Assembly: GCA_031388885.1 (NCBI GenBank)
Contig: JANMSC010000095.1
Span: 1 to 45,376, forward strand
Direction: 5' to 3'
DNA: 45,376 nucleotides
DNA from: Gemmatimonadales bacterium
GTDB lineage: Bacteria > Gemmatimonadota > Gemmatimonadetes > Gemmatimonadales > GWC2-71-9
Shown piece after piece: positions 31,765 to 40,825 of this stretch (positions are counted from its first letter, which is position 1; every line of letters begins with the position of its first letter). The translations under genes and the position numbers were made by a program. The notes under the pieces were generated by a model, which worked only from the letters and a program-made list of their open reading frames with translations, had not been told where the DNA came from and made no database searches.

Positions 31765-33017
31765 CCGTGCCGGTGCAACGCCTCGTCGCCGCGGTCGACA
31801 CCGGGAGCACCAAGGTCACCGCCGTGATTGGCGAGGTGACCGGGGATGCTCGCTCATGGGGACTGCGAGTCCTCGGCGTCGGAATCGAACGGTCGAACGG
31901 CATGCGGCGCGGGGTGATTCGCGACTTCGAGGAAACCGTTCGGGCGGTGCGCAAGGCGATGCACGACGCCGAACGGATCGCCGGGATCGAAGTGGGAACG
32001 GTGTACTGCGGTGTCGCCGGCGAACACGTCGCGCAGCGCGTGTCGCACGGCGTCGCGAGCGTCACGGGAAGCGAGATCCGGACATCGGATCTGGCGCGAG
32101 TGAATGATGTCGCGAGCAACGTCTCGTTTGGTCACGATCAGGAACTGCTCCACGCGATTGCGCACGACTACCGCGTTGACGGCCAGCCCAGCCACGGCGA
32201 TCCGATCGGCATGACCGGGGAGCGCCTCGAGGCCGAGGTGTACTTGATCACGGCACGGTCGAGCGCGATGGCTCACCTGCGCCGGGTGATCGAGAAGGCC
32301 GGATGGCACGTCGGCGAATTCGTCCTCGAGCCGCTCGCAGGTTCGCTCGCCGTGCTTAGCGCCGACGAGCGGGAGACGGGCGTCGTGCATGTCGACCTTG
32401 GCGGCGGGAGCACCACCGTCGCCATCTTTCAGGGTGGCAAGCTCAGGCACACCGCGTCCCTCCGATTTGCCGGCGGACACGTTACCGGCGACCTCGTTCA
32501 CGGGCTCCAGGTGACTCAGGCCGACGCCGAGCGAATCAAGGTGACCTGGGGGGCGGCCTACGAGCCGCTGGTACCCGAGGTCGAGGTGATCGAACTCCCC
32601 GCGATGGCTGGGCAGGCCGCGCGGCGGGCACCCAGGCGGTTGGTCGCTCATATCATGCACATGCGGCTTCAGGAGGTCATGGAGCTGGCACACGACGAAG
32701 TTGCGCGTGCAGGGTGGGCCATGGCTGGCCTGCCGGGCGGAGTCGTCCTGAGCGGCGCGGCCGCAGCCGCCCCGGGAATGGTCGAACTCACCCGCGACGT
32801 GTTCGCGGTGCCGGTACGCATCGGCTATCCTGCAAACGGGCTGCGCGGATTGGTGGACCAGGTTGGCGCGCCGGGGTTTGCGGTACCGGTGGGGCTCGCA
32901 CTCTATGGCGCGCGGCAGGTGGCACAGGGCGGGGGGTTCGGCGCGGCTGGCAACGCCTCCCCTGCGGTCGAACGAGTACTCGGACCAGTCAAGCGGTGGT
33001 TTCAGGATTTCTTCTGA
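31761..33017 (+). CDS. ftsA: Cell division protein FtsA
   Basis: ATGA overlap with the ftsQ stop. Actin-fold motifs (AAVDTGSTKV, DLGGGSTTVAIF) and a C-terminal amphipathic helix (VLGPVKRWFQDFF). Confidence 0.93.
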   Translation: MTVPVQRLVAAVDTGSTKVTAVIGEVTGDARSWGLRVLGVGIERSNGMRRGVIRDFEETVRAVRKAMHDAERIAGIEVGTVYCGVAGEHVAQRVSHGVASVTGSEIRTSDLARVNDVASNVSFGHDQELLHAIAHDYRVDGQPSHGDPIGMTGERLEAEVYLITARSSAMAHLRRVIEKAGWHVGEFVLEPLAGSLAVLSADERETGVVHVDLGGGSTTVAIFQGGKLRHTASLRFAGGHVTGDLVHGLQVTQADAERIKVTWGAAYEPLVPEVEVIELPAMAGQAARRAPRRLVAHIMHMRLQEVMELAHDEVARAGWAMAGLPGGVVLSGAAAAAPGMVELTRDVFAVPVRIGYPANGLRGLVDQVGAPGFAVPVGLALYGARQVAQGGGFGAAGNASPAVERVLGPVKRWFQDFF

Positions 33018-33036
33018 CCGACCCTCGGGGGGCGGC

Positions 33037-34254
33037 ATGACTGACGGAATGATTTTCGAGCTGGAAGAGCAGTCCGCGCAGAATGCGAGGATGAAGGTCG
33101 TCGGCGTTGGAGGTGGCGGCGGAAATGCCGTCAACCGGATGATCGAGGAGCATCTGGCCGGGGTGCAGTTCATCTCGGTCAACACCGATGCCCAGGCCCT
33201 CGCGTCGTCGCGCTCCGACATCAAGGTTCAGATCGGGAAGAAGCTCACCCGTGGCCTTGGGGCTGGGGCGCGCCCCGAGATCGGACGTCAGGCGATCGAG
33301 GAAAATCGCGACGAGGTCCTCGAGCATCTCCAGGGCGCTGACCTGGTCTTCGTGACCTGTGGCATGGGCGGCGGGACTGGCACGGGTGCTGCTCCGATCA
33401 TCGCCCAGATTGCCAAGGACATCGGCGCCCTCACGGTCGGCATCGTCACCAAACCGTTCCTCTTCGAGGGACGGAAAAGGATGAAGCAGGCCGAAATGGG
33501 GATCACAGAGCTCCGCCGAAACGTTGATACCATGATCGTCGTACCGAACGAACGGCTGCTGGCGGTGGTGGGCAAGGGCATTCCGTTCCAGGACGCACTG
33601 AAAAAGGCCGACGAAGTGTTGCTAAATGCAACGCGAGGGATCGCGTCGCTGATCACGAGCACCGGGATCATCAACGTCGACTTTGCTGATGTGCGTACGA
33701 TAATGCAGAATGGTGGCGCGGCTTTGATGGGGACCGGCATCGGCCGGGGCGAAAATCGGGCGCTGGAGGCGGCCCAGCAGGCGATCTCGTCGCCACTGCT
33801 CGACAACGTCTCAATCAACGGGGCCAGCGGAGTCCTCATTAACATTATTGGCGGCAACGACTTGACCTTGGGCGAGGCAACCCAGATCAGCGAGATCATC
33901 CACGACGCCGTTGGCGACGATGCCCAGATCATCTTTGGCGCCGGTAGCGACCCCCGCATGGAAGGTGAGGTCAGGGTGACGGTGATCGCGACGGGCTTTG
34001 ATCGGGCGGTCACAGGGGAACCTGTGGTGGAGCGTTCAGCGTCTACCGGGTCAGTACTCCCGTTCACGTCGCGCCGGATGACCGGTAGTGGATCATCAGG
34101 CCATGCGGCGGCACCGACCGCGCATCACGCGGCCACGGCTCCGGTGCAGCAACCGTTTGTCCGTCCGGCTCCGGCTCCGACCGTTCGGCCATCGGGCGCT
34201 CAGGATGTTGGTGACATGGAGATTCCAACCTTTATCAGGCGGCAAATGGATTGA
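33037..34254 (+). CDS. ftsZ: Cell division GTPase FtsZ
   Basis: VVGVGGGGGNAVNRM. Tubulin signature GGGTGTGAAP. NVDFADV. C-terminal conserved peptide DMEIPTFIRRQ. Confidence 0.97.
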   Translation: MTDGMIFELEEQSAQNARMKVVGVGGGGGNAVNRMIEEHLAGVQFISVNTDAQALASSRSDIKVQIGKKLTRGLGAGARPEIGRQAIEENRDEVLEHLQGADLVFVTCGMGGGTGTGAAPIIAQIAKDIGALTVGIVTKPFLFEGRKRMKQAEMGITELRRNVDTMIVVPNERLLAVVGKGIPFQDALKKADEVLLNATRGIASLITSTGIINVDFADVRTIMQNGGAALMGTGIGRGENRALEAAQQAISSPLLDNVSINGASGVLINIIGGNDLTLGEATQISEIIHDAVGDDAQIIFGAGSDPRMEGEVRVTVIATGFDRAVTGEPVVERSASTGSVLPFTSRRMTGSGSSGHAAAPTAHHAATAPVQQPFVRPAPAPTVRPSGAQDVGDMEIPTFIRRQMD

Positions 34255-35519
34255 TGCAAAAACGCACTCCCCGATTCGCTCTCGCGCTCCTTGTGCTTGG
34301 CTGCGCCGCATCGTTTGCGGCACGCGGCAACTGGCCTTGGGCGCGATTTACCGAGGTGCCGGTGGCGCGTGCCATCGTCGTCACGAATCCGTTCCGGGTG
34401 GTGCGTGACACGCTGCAGAGCGGTGAAGCCGTCAGCACGTTGCTCGAGCGCCAGGGCATTCGGGGGCTCAACCTCGCCGCCTTCGCGCGCAGCCTTGCGC
34501 TCGACCCGCGCCGGTTCCGTCCGGGCCTCATTTTTTCGGTTCGTCGCGATGCGTCGACGGATGAGCCGACGCACGTCGAGGTCCGCGCGAGCGCCGAGCA
34601 GCGGTTGCGGTTCATTCGCACCTCGTCGGGTGATTGGACCGGGGAGGCCGTGCCCGTTCGGTGGACGATCGACACGATCCGCGTCTCGGGTGAGATCGAG
34701 TCGTCGCTCTCCGACGCGGTTGACCGTGAGATTTCCGCAGCGACGCTGGATCGCAGCGAGCGATTGCGGATGGTCTACGAACTCGCGGAGGTCAACGAGT
34801 ACACCGTCGACTTCTCCCGCGATCCGCAGCCAGGTGACCAGTTCGCCGCGGTCGTCGAACGACTCGTGTCGGAAGAGGGTGATGTCCGGTTCGGCAGGAT
34901 CCTGGCGAGCTCGATGTCGATCGGTGGCCGCGACCTCAACGCGTACAGCTTCGCTGGCACCGCCGACCGCGCATCGTTCTACGACGCGAAAGGGTCGGCG
35001 CTCAAGCGCGCGTTCCTGGTGACGCCGGTGCAGTTCCGTCACATTTCCAGCGCATTCTCTCGTGCCAGGCGGCATCCGGTGCTGGGCCGGATGCGTCGCC
35101 ATGAGGGCATCGATTACGCCGCGAATACCGGCACACCGGTGCGGGCCGCGGGCGACGGTGTGGTGCTGCGCGCCGGCCGAGTTGGCGGGTATGGCAACCT
35201 GGTCGAGATTCGGCACCGCAATGGTGTCACGACCCGGTACGGACACCTCAGCCGCATCGCGCTGGGACTGCGCGCCGGCATGGAGGTGCGCCAGAGTCAG
35301 GAAGTCGGCAAGGTTGGCTCGACCGGTCTCGCCACGGGGCCACACCTCCACTACGAGTTCCGGGTCAACGGCGTCGCGCGTGACCCGCGCAGCATCAAGA
35401 GTGAAGGCGGCGCGCCGCTGCCGCGCGCCAGCATGGCAGCGTTTGAGCGGCAGCGCACCATCCTCGCGCAACTGCTTGACCGCTCCCTGCCACCGATCGC
35501 ATCATCATTCGCTGACTGA
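34254..35519 (+). CDS. M23 family (LytM/EnvC-like) metallopeptidase
   Basis: TGATG overlap with the ftsZ stop. N-terminal signal/anchor. HEGIDYAANTGTPVRAAGDGVV, GYGNLVEIRH, GSTGLATGPHLHYEF. Confidence 0.88.
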   Translation: MQKRTPRFALALLVLGCAASFAARGNWPWARFTEVPVARAIVVTNPFRVVRDTLQSGEAVSTLLERQGIRGLNLAAFARSLALDPRRFRPGLIFSVRRDASTDEPTHVEVRASAEQRLRFIRTSSGDWTGEAVPVRWTIDTIRVSGEIESSLSDAVDREISAATLDRSERLRMVYELAEVNEYTVDFSRDPQPGDQFAAVVERLVSEEGDVRFGRILASSMSIGGRDLNAYSFAGTADRASFYDAKGSALKRAFLVTPVQFRHISSAFSRARRHPVLGRMRRHEGIDYAANTGTPVRAAGDGVVLRAGRVGGYGNLVEIRHRNGVTTRYGHLSRIALGLRAGMEVRQSQEVGKVGSTGLATGPHLHYEFRVNGVARDPRSIKSEGGAPLPRASMAAFERQRTILAQLLDRSLPPIASSFAD

Positions 35520-35536
35520 GCCGGGCGCATGCGCCC

Positions 35537-37306
35537 GTGCTGATTCTCGCCGCACTCGTCGTTTCGGTTGCATTCGCCGCGTGGACGTACCGCCTTCGGC
35601 TCACTGAAGGCCCGGTGCGTCTCGCGGCGATGTGCCGTGCGGTTGGCGTGGCCGCACTCCTCGTGTTGCTGCTTGACCCAGGGCTCGTGGCGCGGATCAG
35701 CGCACCGCGCGCCGTGGTGCTGCTCGACAATTCCGTGTCGATGCACGGCGCAGGAGGCCGACATGCCGCCGCACTGGCCGCAGCCGCGGCACTTGGGGAC
35801 ACGACGTCGTTCGGTGTACTGGCACCGGGCGAACCCGGTGGACACACCGCAGTTGCCCCGGCGCTGAACGGTGCCGTTGCGGGCGGGCGGCCAGTGGTGA
35901 TCGTGACGGACGGCGAGGTGTCCGATATGGCCGCAGTGCCGGCAGACGTGCTGGCCCAGACGGCAGTGCGACTCTTCGCGCGTCCTGCAGGCAACGACGT
36001 CGCGATCGTCGAGGTGCGCGGATCGCAGCGATTGGCCGCCGGCGATTCGCTTGTGCTGGACGTCGAAGCATTGGCGGTCGGTCAGGCGCCGGACACAGCG
36101 TCGGTCGAAGTCCGTGACGGCGAACGCGTCGTGTTGCGCGGTACGCTTCGGTTCGGCGACGGACCCCGCGCCCGTGCGCGTGTTCGGCTCGCGGGCGTGG
36201 TGCCGGACGGCGTCACCGGAACGCGTTGGCTCACGGTGACGCGGACCGGCGCACCAGACGCCGAGCCGGCTGATGATGCGCGACTCTGGCGGATCGTTGT
36301 CACTCCGACGCCGGGTGTGGTGGTGCTCGCCGCGTCGCCCGATTGGGATGCGCGCTTCCTGTACAACACGCTTCGCGATGTGGTCGAAACGCCAATACGG
36401 GGTTACGTGCAGCTCGAACCAGGCAGCTGGCGCCGCATGGACGATTTGCGCCGAGTGCCGGTGGCGGAGGTGCTCGCCGCGGCACGCGGCGCGGACTTGC
36501 TCGCGGTGCGCGGCGACTCGACGCCGTGGCGCGCCATGGGCCGAACGAGACTCCTGTGGGTTCCGAGTGACGCGGCGGGCGATTGGTATCTGGGCGCTGC
36601 AGGGGCTTCGCCGATCGCCGGTGCGTTCGCCGGCGTTGATGTCGATTCGTTGCCGCCCGCCACTGCGGCCAGACCACTCGACCCGATCGGCGCCAACGGC
36701 TGGACTGGGGCCGTCGCGAAGCTTTCGCGGCGCGGTGCCGACGTGCCGGTGATCGGGGGACGGGATGGCCCGAGCGGGCGAGTCGTGCTGATCGGCGTCG
36801 ATGGGCTGTACCGTTGGGGTTTTCGCGGTGGCGCGAGTGAACAGGTGTGGCGGACCATGGTTGCGGATGCGGCGTCGTGGCTGCTCGCCACCCCCGATGC
36901 GGCCGGTGCTCGGGCGCGTGTGCTGCACCCCGTGACGCAACGGGGCCGCGCGGTGCGCTTCCAGTGGACGGGGGTCGGGGCCGCCCTGCCGGTTGCTATC
37001 GCGATCGACGGTGGCCGGGCCCAACGTGCCGATACGCTGCGCTTCGACGGCGCCGGCGAAGCGACACTGGCGCTTCCGGTCGGTCGCTACCAATACCGAC
37101 TCGATCGCGGTGGCGCGGGTGCATTCGCCGTCGAACCTTACGCCGACGAGCTCGTGCCGTCGCCAGTGACGCTCACCGAGCGCGTGGCCGAAGCACGCCC
37201 GGCGCCGGCGCGGCGATCGCTGCGCGAACTGATCTGGTTGTTCGGAGTGGTGGTCGGGGGGTTTGGTGGGGAGTGGATGGTGCGACGGAAGTTGGGGATG
37301 AGGTGA
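35537..37306 (+). CDS. Membrane protein with VWA-like (MIDAS DxSxS) domain, BatA/BatB-like architecture
   Basis: Two N-terminal TM helices. VVLLDNSVSM (DxSxS) and VVIVTDGE. C-terminal TM plus basic tail LIWLFGVVVGGFGGEWMVRRKLG. GTG start. Confidence 0.65.
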   Translation: MLILAALVVSVAFAAWTYRLRLTEGPVRLAAMCRAVGVAALLVLLLDPGLVARISAPRAVVLLDNSVSMHGAGGRHAAALAAAAALGDTTSFGVLAPGEPGGHTAVAPALNGAVAGGRPVVIVTDGEVSDMAAVPADVLAQTAVRLFARPAGNDVAIVEVRGSQRLAAGDSLVLDVEALAVGQAPDTASVEVRDGERVVLRGTLRFGDGPRARARVRLAGVVPDGVTGTRWLTVTRTGAPDAEPADDARLWRIVVTPTPGVVVLAASPDWDARFLYNTLRDVVETPIRGYVQLEPGSWRRMDDLRRVPVAEVLAAARGADLLAVRGDSTPWRAMGRTRLLWVPSDAAGDWYLGAAGASPIAGAFAGVDVDSLPPATAARPLDPIGANGWTGAVAKLSRRGADVPVIGGRDGPSGRVVLIGVDGLYRWGFRGGASEQVWRTMVADAASWLLATPDAAGARARVLHPVTQRGRAVRFQWTGVGAALPVAIAIDGGRAQRADTLRFDGAGEATLALPVGRYQYRLDRGGAGAFAVEPYADELVPSPVTLTERVAEARPAPARRSLRELIWLFGVVVGGFGGEWMVRRKLGMR

Positions 37307-37413
37307 TCGACGACCGATGATCGATGATCGATGATCGATCGTCGATGCTCGTTCGTCAACCAGCGATGATCGGTGTACGTTCAAGTCGCCATCGATCATC
37401 CATCATCCGTCAT
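37302..37413. repeat. GATGATC heptamer array followed by inverted (GATCATC-type) units
   Basis: GGTGATC GACGACC GATGATC x3 GATCGTC GATGCTC GTTCGTC ... GATGATC ... CGATCAT CCATCAT CCGTCAT. The upstream TGA stop (37304-06) lies inside unit 1. There are seven GATC sites within ~100 nt. Confidence 0.9.
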
Positions 37414-37451
37414 CGGAGGGTGTATGAACCGGCACCCACATCTGGAATCCC

Positions 37452-38366
37452 ATGCCCCGACTCGGCTCCCCCCAACGCGGCATCTGGCAACGCCTCAAGC
37501 GCCTCGCGCTCACCGACGTCGGTGCGCTGGCTCGAGGTCTCAACGCGCGCGATCTCGAGGCGATGGAGCGGCTGCTGATCGAGGCCGATTTTGGTGTGCC
37601 CGCAACACTGGACCTCACCGAGTTCCTCGAGGGTGAGGTGCGCCGGGGCAAGCTCACGAACGAGGCACAGCTGCGTGATGCACTGGTCGCACGGCTGGGC
37701 GAGATGCTGACAGGACCGACGGATCCTGCACGGCTCGCCACGCCGGCGAGTGGACCCACCGTCGTGCTCGTCGTCGGTGTGAACGGCGTCGGCAAGACGA
37801 CATCGGTCGCAAAGCTTGCGCGCCGATTGCAACGCGAAGGCAAGATCGTGCTGCTCGGCGCGGCCGACACCTATCGCGCGGGCGCCGTTGCGCAGCTCGA
37901 GGTCTGGGCGCAGCGCCTCGGCATCGACTGCGTGTCGGGGGCGCCGGGTGGCGATCCGGCAGCAGTTGCGTTCGATGCCGTCGAGGCGGCGATATCGCGT
38001 CGCGCCGACGTGGTGTTGATCGACACCGCCGGCCGTTTGCACACGCAGGACGGGTTGATGGCCGAGCTCGGCAAAGTCGTGCGGGTCATCAAGCGGAAGA
38101 TCGCCGATGCGCCGCACGAAGTGCTCCTGGTGCTCGACGGCACCGTGGGGCAGAACGCGGTGCAGCAGGGGAAAATGTTTGCCCGGGTCATCGCGCCAAC
38201 CGGGCTGATCGTGACCAAGCTCGACGGCACGGCGTCTGGTGGCGCACTGGTGGCGCTGCGCCGAGAGCTCGACACGCCGGTGCGCTTCGTCGGCACGGGC
38301 GAGTCGCTCGACGACCTCGAGCCGTTTGACGCCGAGGCGTGGGCCACGGGCCTGGTCGGAACGTGA
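37452..38366 (+). CDS. ftsY: Signal recognition particle receptor FtsY (NG domain only)
   Basis: VVLVVGVNGVGKTTSVAKLA, DTAGRLH, TKLDGTASGG. There is no long acidic A domain. Confidence 0.93.
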   Translation: MPRLGSPQRGIWQRLKRLALTDVGALARGLNARDLEAMERLLIEADFGVPATLDLTEFLEGEVRRGKLTNEAQLRDALVARLGEMLTGPTDPARLATPASGPTVVLVVGVNGVGKTTSVAKLARRLQREGKIVLLGAADTYRAGAVAQLEVWAQRLGIDCVSGAPGGDPAAVAFDAVEAAISRRADVVLIDTAGRLHTQDGLMAELGKVVRVIKRKIADAPHEVLLVLDGTVGQNAVQQGKMFARVIAPTGLIVTKLDGTASGGALVALRRELDTPVRFVGTGESLDDLEPFDAEAWATGLVGT

Positions 38367-38815
38367 CGCGGCGCGGCGCGGGGCTGAGCGGAGTTGTCGC
38401 GGGCACGCTGTGCGCCGGCGGTGCCTACGCCACCGCGTGGTTGAGTGGCGGAACGTCTCCTGCGGCACCGTGGTTGATGGTGGCCGGCATCGCGCTGACG
38501 CTCCCTGGCACGGTGCTGTTGGGTGCGGGGCGATCGACGCGGCAGCCGTGGCTCATCGGCGCTGCGGTTGTCCTCGTGATCCTGCTGCCCGGGGTATTGG
38601 CCGCGGCGCTGCTCCTGCCACACGAAACGCCGGCCGACCGCCTCCTGCTCGGGCTACCACGGCGCCTCGCGCTGGTGGTCTACGGTATTGGCCTCGTGCC
38701 CGCGCTGATCCTGCCGCTCGCGTTTGCGCGCAATTTCCGCGACGACGGCCTTGATCCCGACGGACTGAAAGCGTTGCGTGACGAATGCGCCCGCCTGCGG
38801 GGCGAATCGTCGTGA
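38363..38815 (+). CDS. Hypothetical polytopic membrane protein, coupled to the SSS transporter
   Basis: The GTG at 38363 overlaps the ftsY stop (GTGA). There are 4 hydrophobic segments. The gene's stop overlaps the GTG of the downstream symporter. Confidence 0.55.
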   Translation: MTRRGAGLSGVVAGTLCAGGAYATAWLSGGTSPAAPWLMVAGIALTLPGTVLLGAGRSTRQPWLIGAAVVLVILLPGVLAAALLLPHETPADRLLLGLPRRLALVVYGIGLVPALILPLAFARNFRDDGLDPDGLKALRDECARLRGESS

Positions 38816-40281
38816 AGACCCCCGAGGTGGTAGCAGCCGCAATCGCGTACGCCCTCGTGTGCACGGTCATCGCCTGGTGGGCGTCGCGGCGCGTTACGAG
38901 CGCGCGTGAATTCTTCGTGGCCGGCAAGGGTGTCGGCGTCTGGACGCTTGCCATCGCGTCGATGGCCTCGGCACTATCGGGGTTCGCCTTCATTGGCGGA
39001 CCCGGGCTCGTCTATGCCACCGGCGCGGGCGCGCTCTACATCGTGCTGCCCGCGGCAATCACCGGCGCACTTAGCGCGTGGGTGCTGGCGCGACGGCTGC
39101 GATTGCTCGCTGAGGTGCGCGGGCTGATGACGGTGCCCGATGCCATCGGCGCGCGGTATCGGTCGCCCGGCGCACAGGGATTGGCGGCCGTTGCGATCCT
39201 GATCGCGATCGTGGGCTATATGGCGACCAACTTCCTGGCGCTCGGCCTGGTGATCGACGCGATCTTCGGGACCGGGCTCACGGCCGGAGTTGTGATCGGC
39301 GCGGCGGCCATCCTTGCGTACTCGGCGGCGGGAGGAATCGTCGCGGGGATCTATACCGACCTCTTCCAGGGCGCGGTGATGGCCATCGCATCGTTATTGG
39401 TTTTCATCGCCGCGCTGCAATCAGGTGGGGGGCTGGGCGACATTTCGCGCGACATCATGCAGGGCGATGCGGCATTCCTCGGGCCGTGGGGCTCCTTTAC
39501 GCCACTCGCCGCGATGTCGCTCTTCTTCGTGTTCGGGCTCGGTGTGCTGGGCCAGCCGCACGTCATCCACAAGTACTACATGGTGCGTGATCCACGGTCG
39601 CTTCGCTGGTATCCGCTCCTGATGACCGCCGCGATGCTCGTCACACTCCTGCTGTTCTTCGGGGTCGGGATTGCGATGAAGGCGCGCGTGCTGGCCGGAG
39701 ATATCCCGCCGCTGGCACGCCCCGACGACGCGACCCCCCAGTTCCTGTTGCGCTATGCGTCGCCGCTCCTCGCGGGGGTGGTGTTCAGCGGTGTGGCCGC
39801 TGCGATCATGAGCACCGTGAACTCGTTCATCAACGTCGGGTCAGCGGCGGTGGCACGTGACATCCCACGCGCGCGCGGGTGGCGCGTCGCAAACGAGCTT
39901 CGGGTGGGACGGGTGTCATCGGTCGTGCTCACGGTGATCGCCGTGCTGATCGCCCTCAGGAGCAACACACTCGTAGCGCTGCTCGGGGTGTTTGGCTGGA
40001 GCCTGTTCGCTTCGACGCTTGTGCCGGCACTGGCGATCGGCCTTGCGTGGGAGGGCGCAACGCGCTCGGGTGCGATTGCTTCGATCGTCACCGGGCTCGC
40101 GCTGACGCTCGTGCTCGAATCGCTGGTATGGGGCAAGGTCATCGCGCTGCCGGCCGGGGTGTCGGCGGCGGGCCTCACCGTGGTGGCATCGATCCTGATG
40201 TTTTTTGCAGTGTCGTGGCTCACTCGATCAACCGCGGCGCGGGACCTCGACCCCGACGTCCGGTTGATCATGGATTTGTGA
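38812..40281 (+). CDS. Sodium:solute symporter (SSS) family transporter
   Basis: About 13 TM segments. The N-terminus (EFFVAGKGVGVWTLAIASMASALSGFAFIGGPGLVY) is typical of the SSS family. GTGA overlap with the upstream ORF. Confidence 0.88.
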   Translation: MKTPEVVAAAIAYALVCTVIAWWASRRVTSAREFFVAGKGVGVWTLAIASMASALSGFAFIGGPGLVYATGAGALYIVLPAAITGALSAWVLARRLRLLAEVRGLMTVPDAIGARYRSPGAQGLAAVAILIAIVGYMATNFLALGLVIDAIFGTGLTAGVVIGAAAILAYSAAGGIVAGIYTDLFQGAVMAIASLLVFIAALQSGGGLGDISRDIMQGDAAFLGPWGSFTPLAAMSLFFVFGLGVLGQPHVIHKYYMVRDPRSLRWYPLLMTAAMLVTLLLFFGVGIAMKARVLAGDIPPLARPDDATPQFLLRYASPLLAGVVFSGVAAAIMSTVNSFINVGSAAVARDIPRARGWRVANELRVGRVSSVVLTVIAVLIALRSNTLVALLGVFGWSLFASTLVPALAIGLAWEGATRSGAIASIVTGLALTLVLESLVWGKVIALPAGVSAAGLTVVASILMFFAVSWLTRSTAARDLDPDVRLIMDL

Positions 40282-40284
40282 CCG

Positions 40285-40704
40285 TCAATACGTGAACACC
40301 ACGACGTTCAATGGCTTCGAGTAGATCATGACCGGGCTGGCGTTCCCCTCCGACACGCGGGTGACGAACCGGTACGTCCCAAGCGCTTCGGGTGCTTGGG
40401 TCGAGAACGGATAGCTCGAACCGCCCGCGACGCTAATGACGATTGCGATACAAATCGGCCCGCCGTCGCTGATACGTTGCCACTTGCCGCTGACCCGCTG
40501 TTCGACCGCGACGGTGCACGGGAGCGGACCCGTGCGGACGTCCTGCTCGCTGCCGTTGATGAGGCTGAGGGCCAGCATCGATCCTGGTGCAACAGGCCCG
40601 GCGGGCACGTCGAGCACGATGTCGCCGTCAACCGGGCCAGTGACGTTGCAGCCTGCCGTTGCTGACAGGGCGAGGGCGATGAGTACGGCGCGCACGGCAT
40701 GCAT
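40285..40704 (-). CDS. Hypothetical lipoprotein
   Basis: MHAVRAVLIALALSATAGC (signal plus lipobox). The remainder is beta-rich and no family was recognised. The ORF-track start at 40761 adds 19 non-signal residues. Confidence 0.6.
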   Translation of the reverse strand: MHAVRAVLIALALSATAGCNVTGPVDGDIVLDVPAGPVAPGSMLALSLINGSEQDVRTGPLPCTVAVEQRVSGKWQRISDGGPICIAIVISVAGGSSYPFSTQAPEALGTYRFVTRVSEGNASPVMIYSKPLNVVVFTY

Positions 40705-40825
40705 GGCGGTCAACCGGAATTGGGTGTGAAGGCAGGGTACACAACTGGCCCTCCGAATCACAGACCCGCCCCGGTCGTTCTGACGTCACATCGATATCGA
40801 CGCTGGCCCTCTCTTATCATTCGAC

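Noticed and set aside
35351-37399. 682-aa minus-strand ORF. Other long antisense ORFs behave the same way, e.g. 1945-3360, 5432-6574, 7492-9051, 12993-14177, 13801-15027, 15879-17048, 18992-20269, 20086-21306, 24595-25902 (+) and 43063-44160.
   Set aside because: These are typical high-GC shadow ORFs. Their translations are Arg/Pro/Gly/Ala-rich with no recognisable motifs, and each lies opposite a gene with clear family signatures.
40780-40805. Short palindromes TGACGTCA and TCGATATCGA in the divergent lipoprotein/recG promoter region.
   Set aside because: Palindromes of 8-10 nt are expected by chance at this scale, and there is no second copy or known operator consensus. I noted them only as possible operators.
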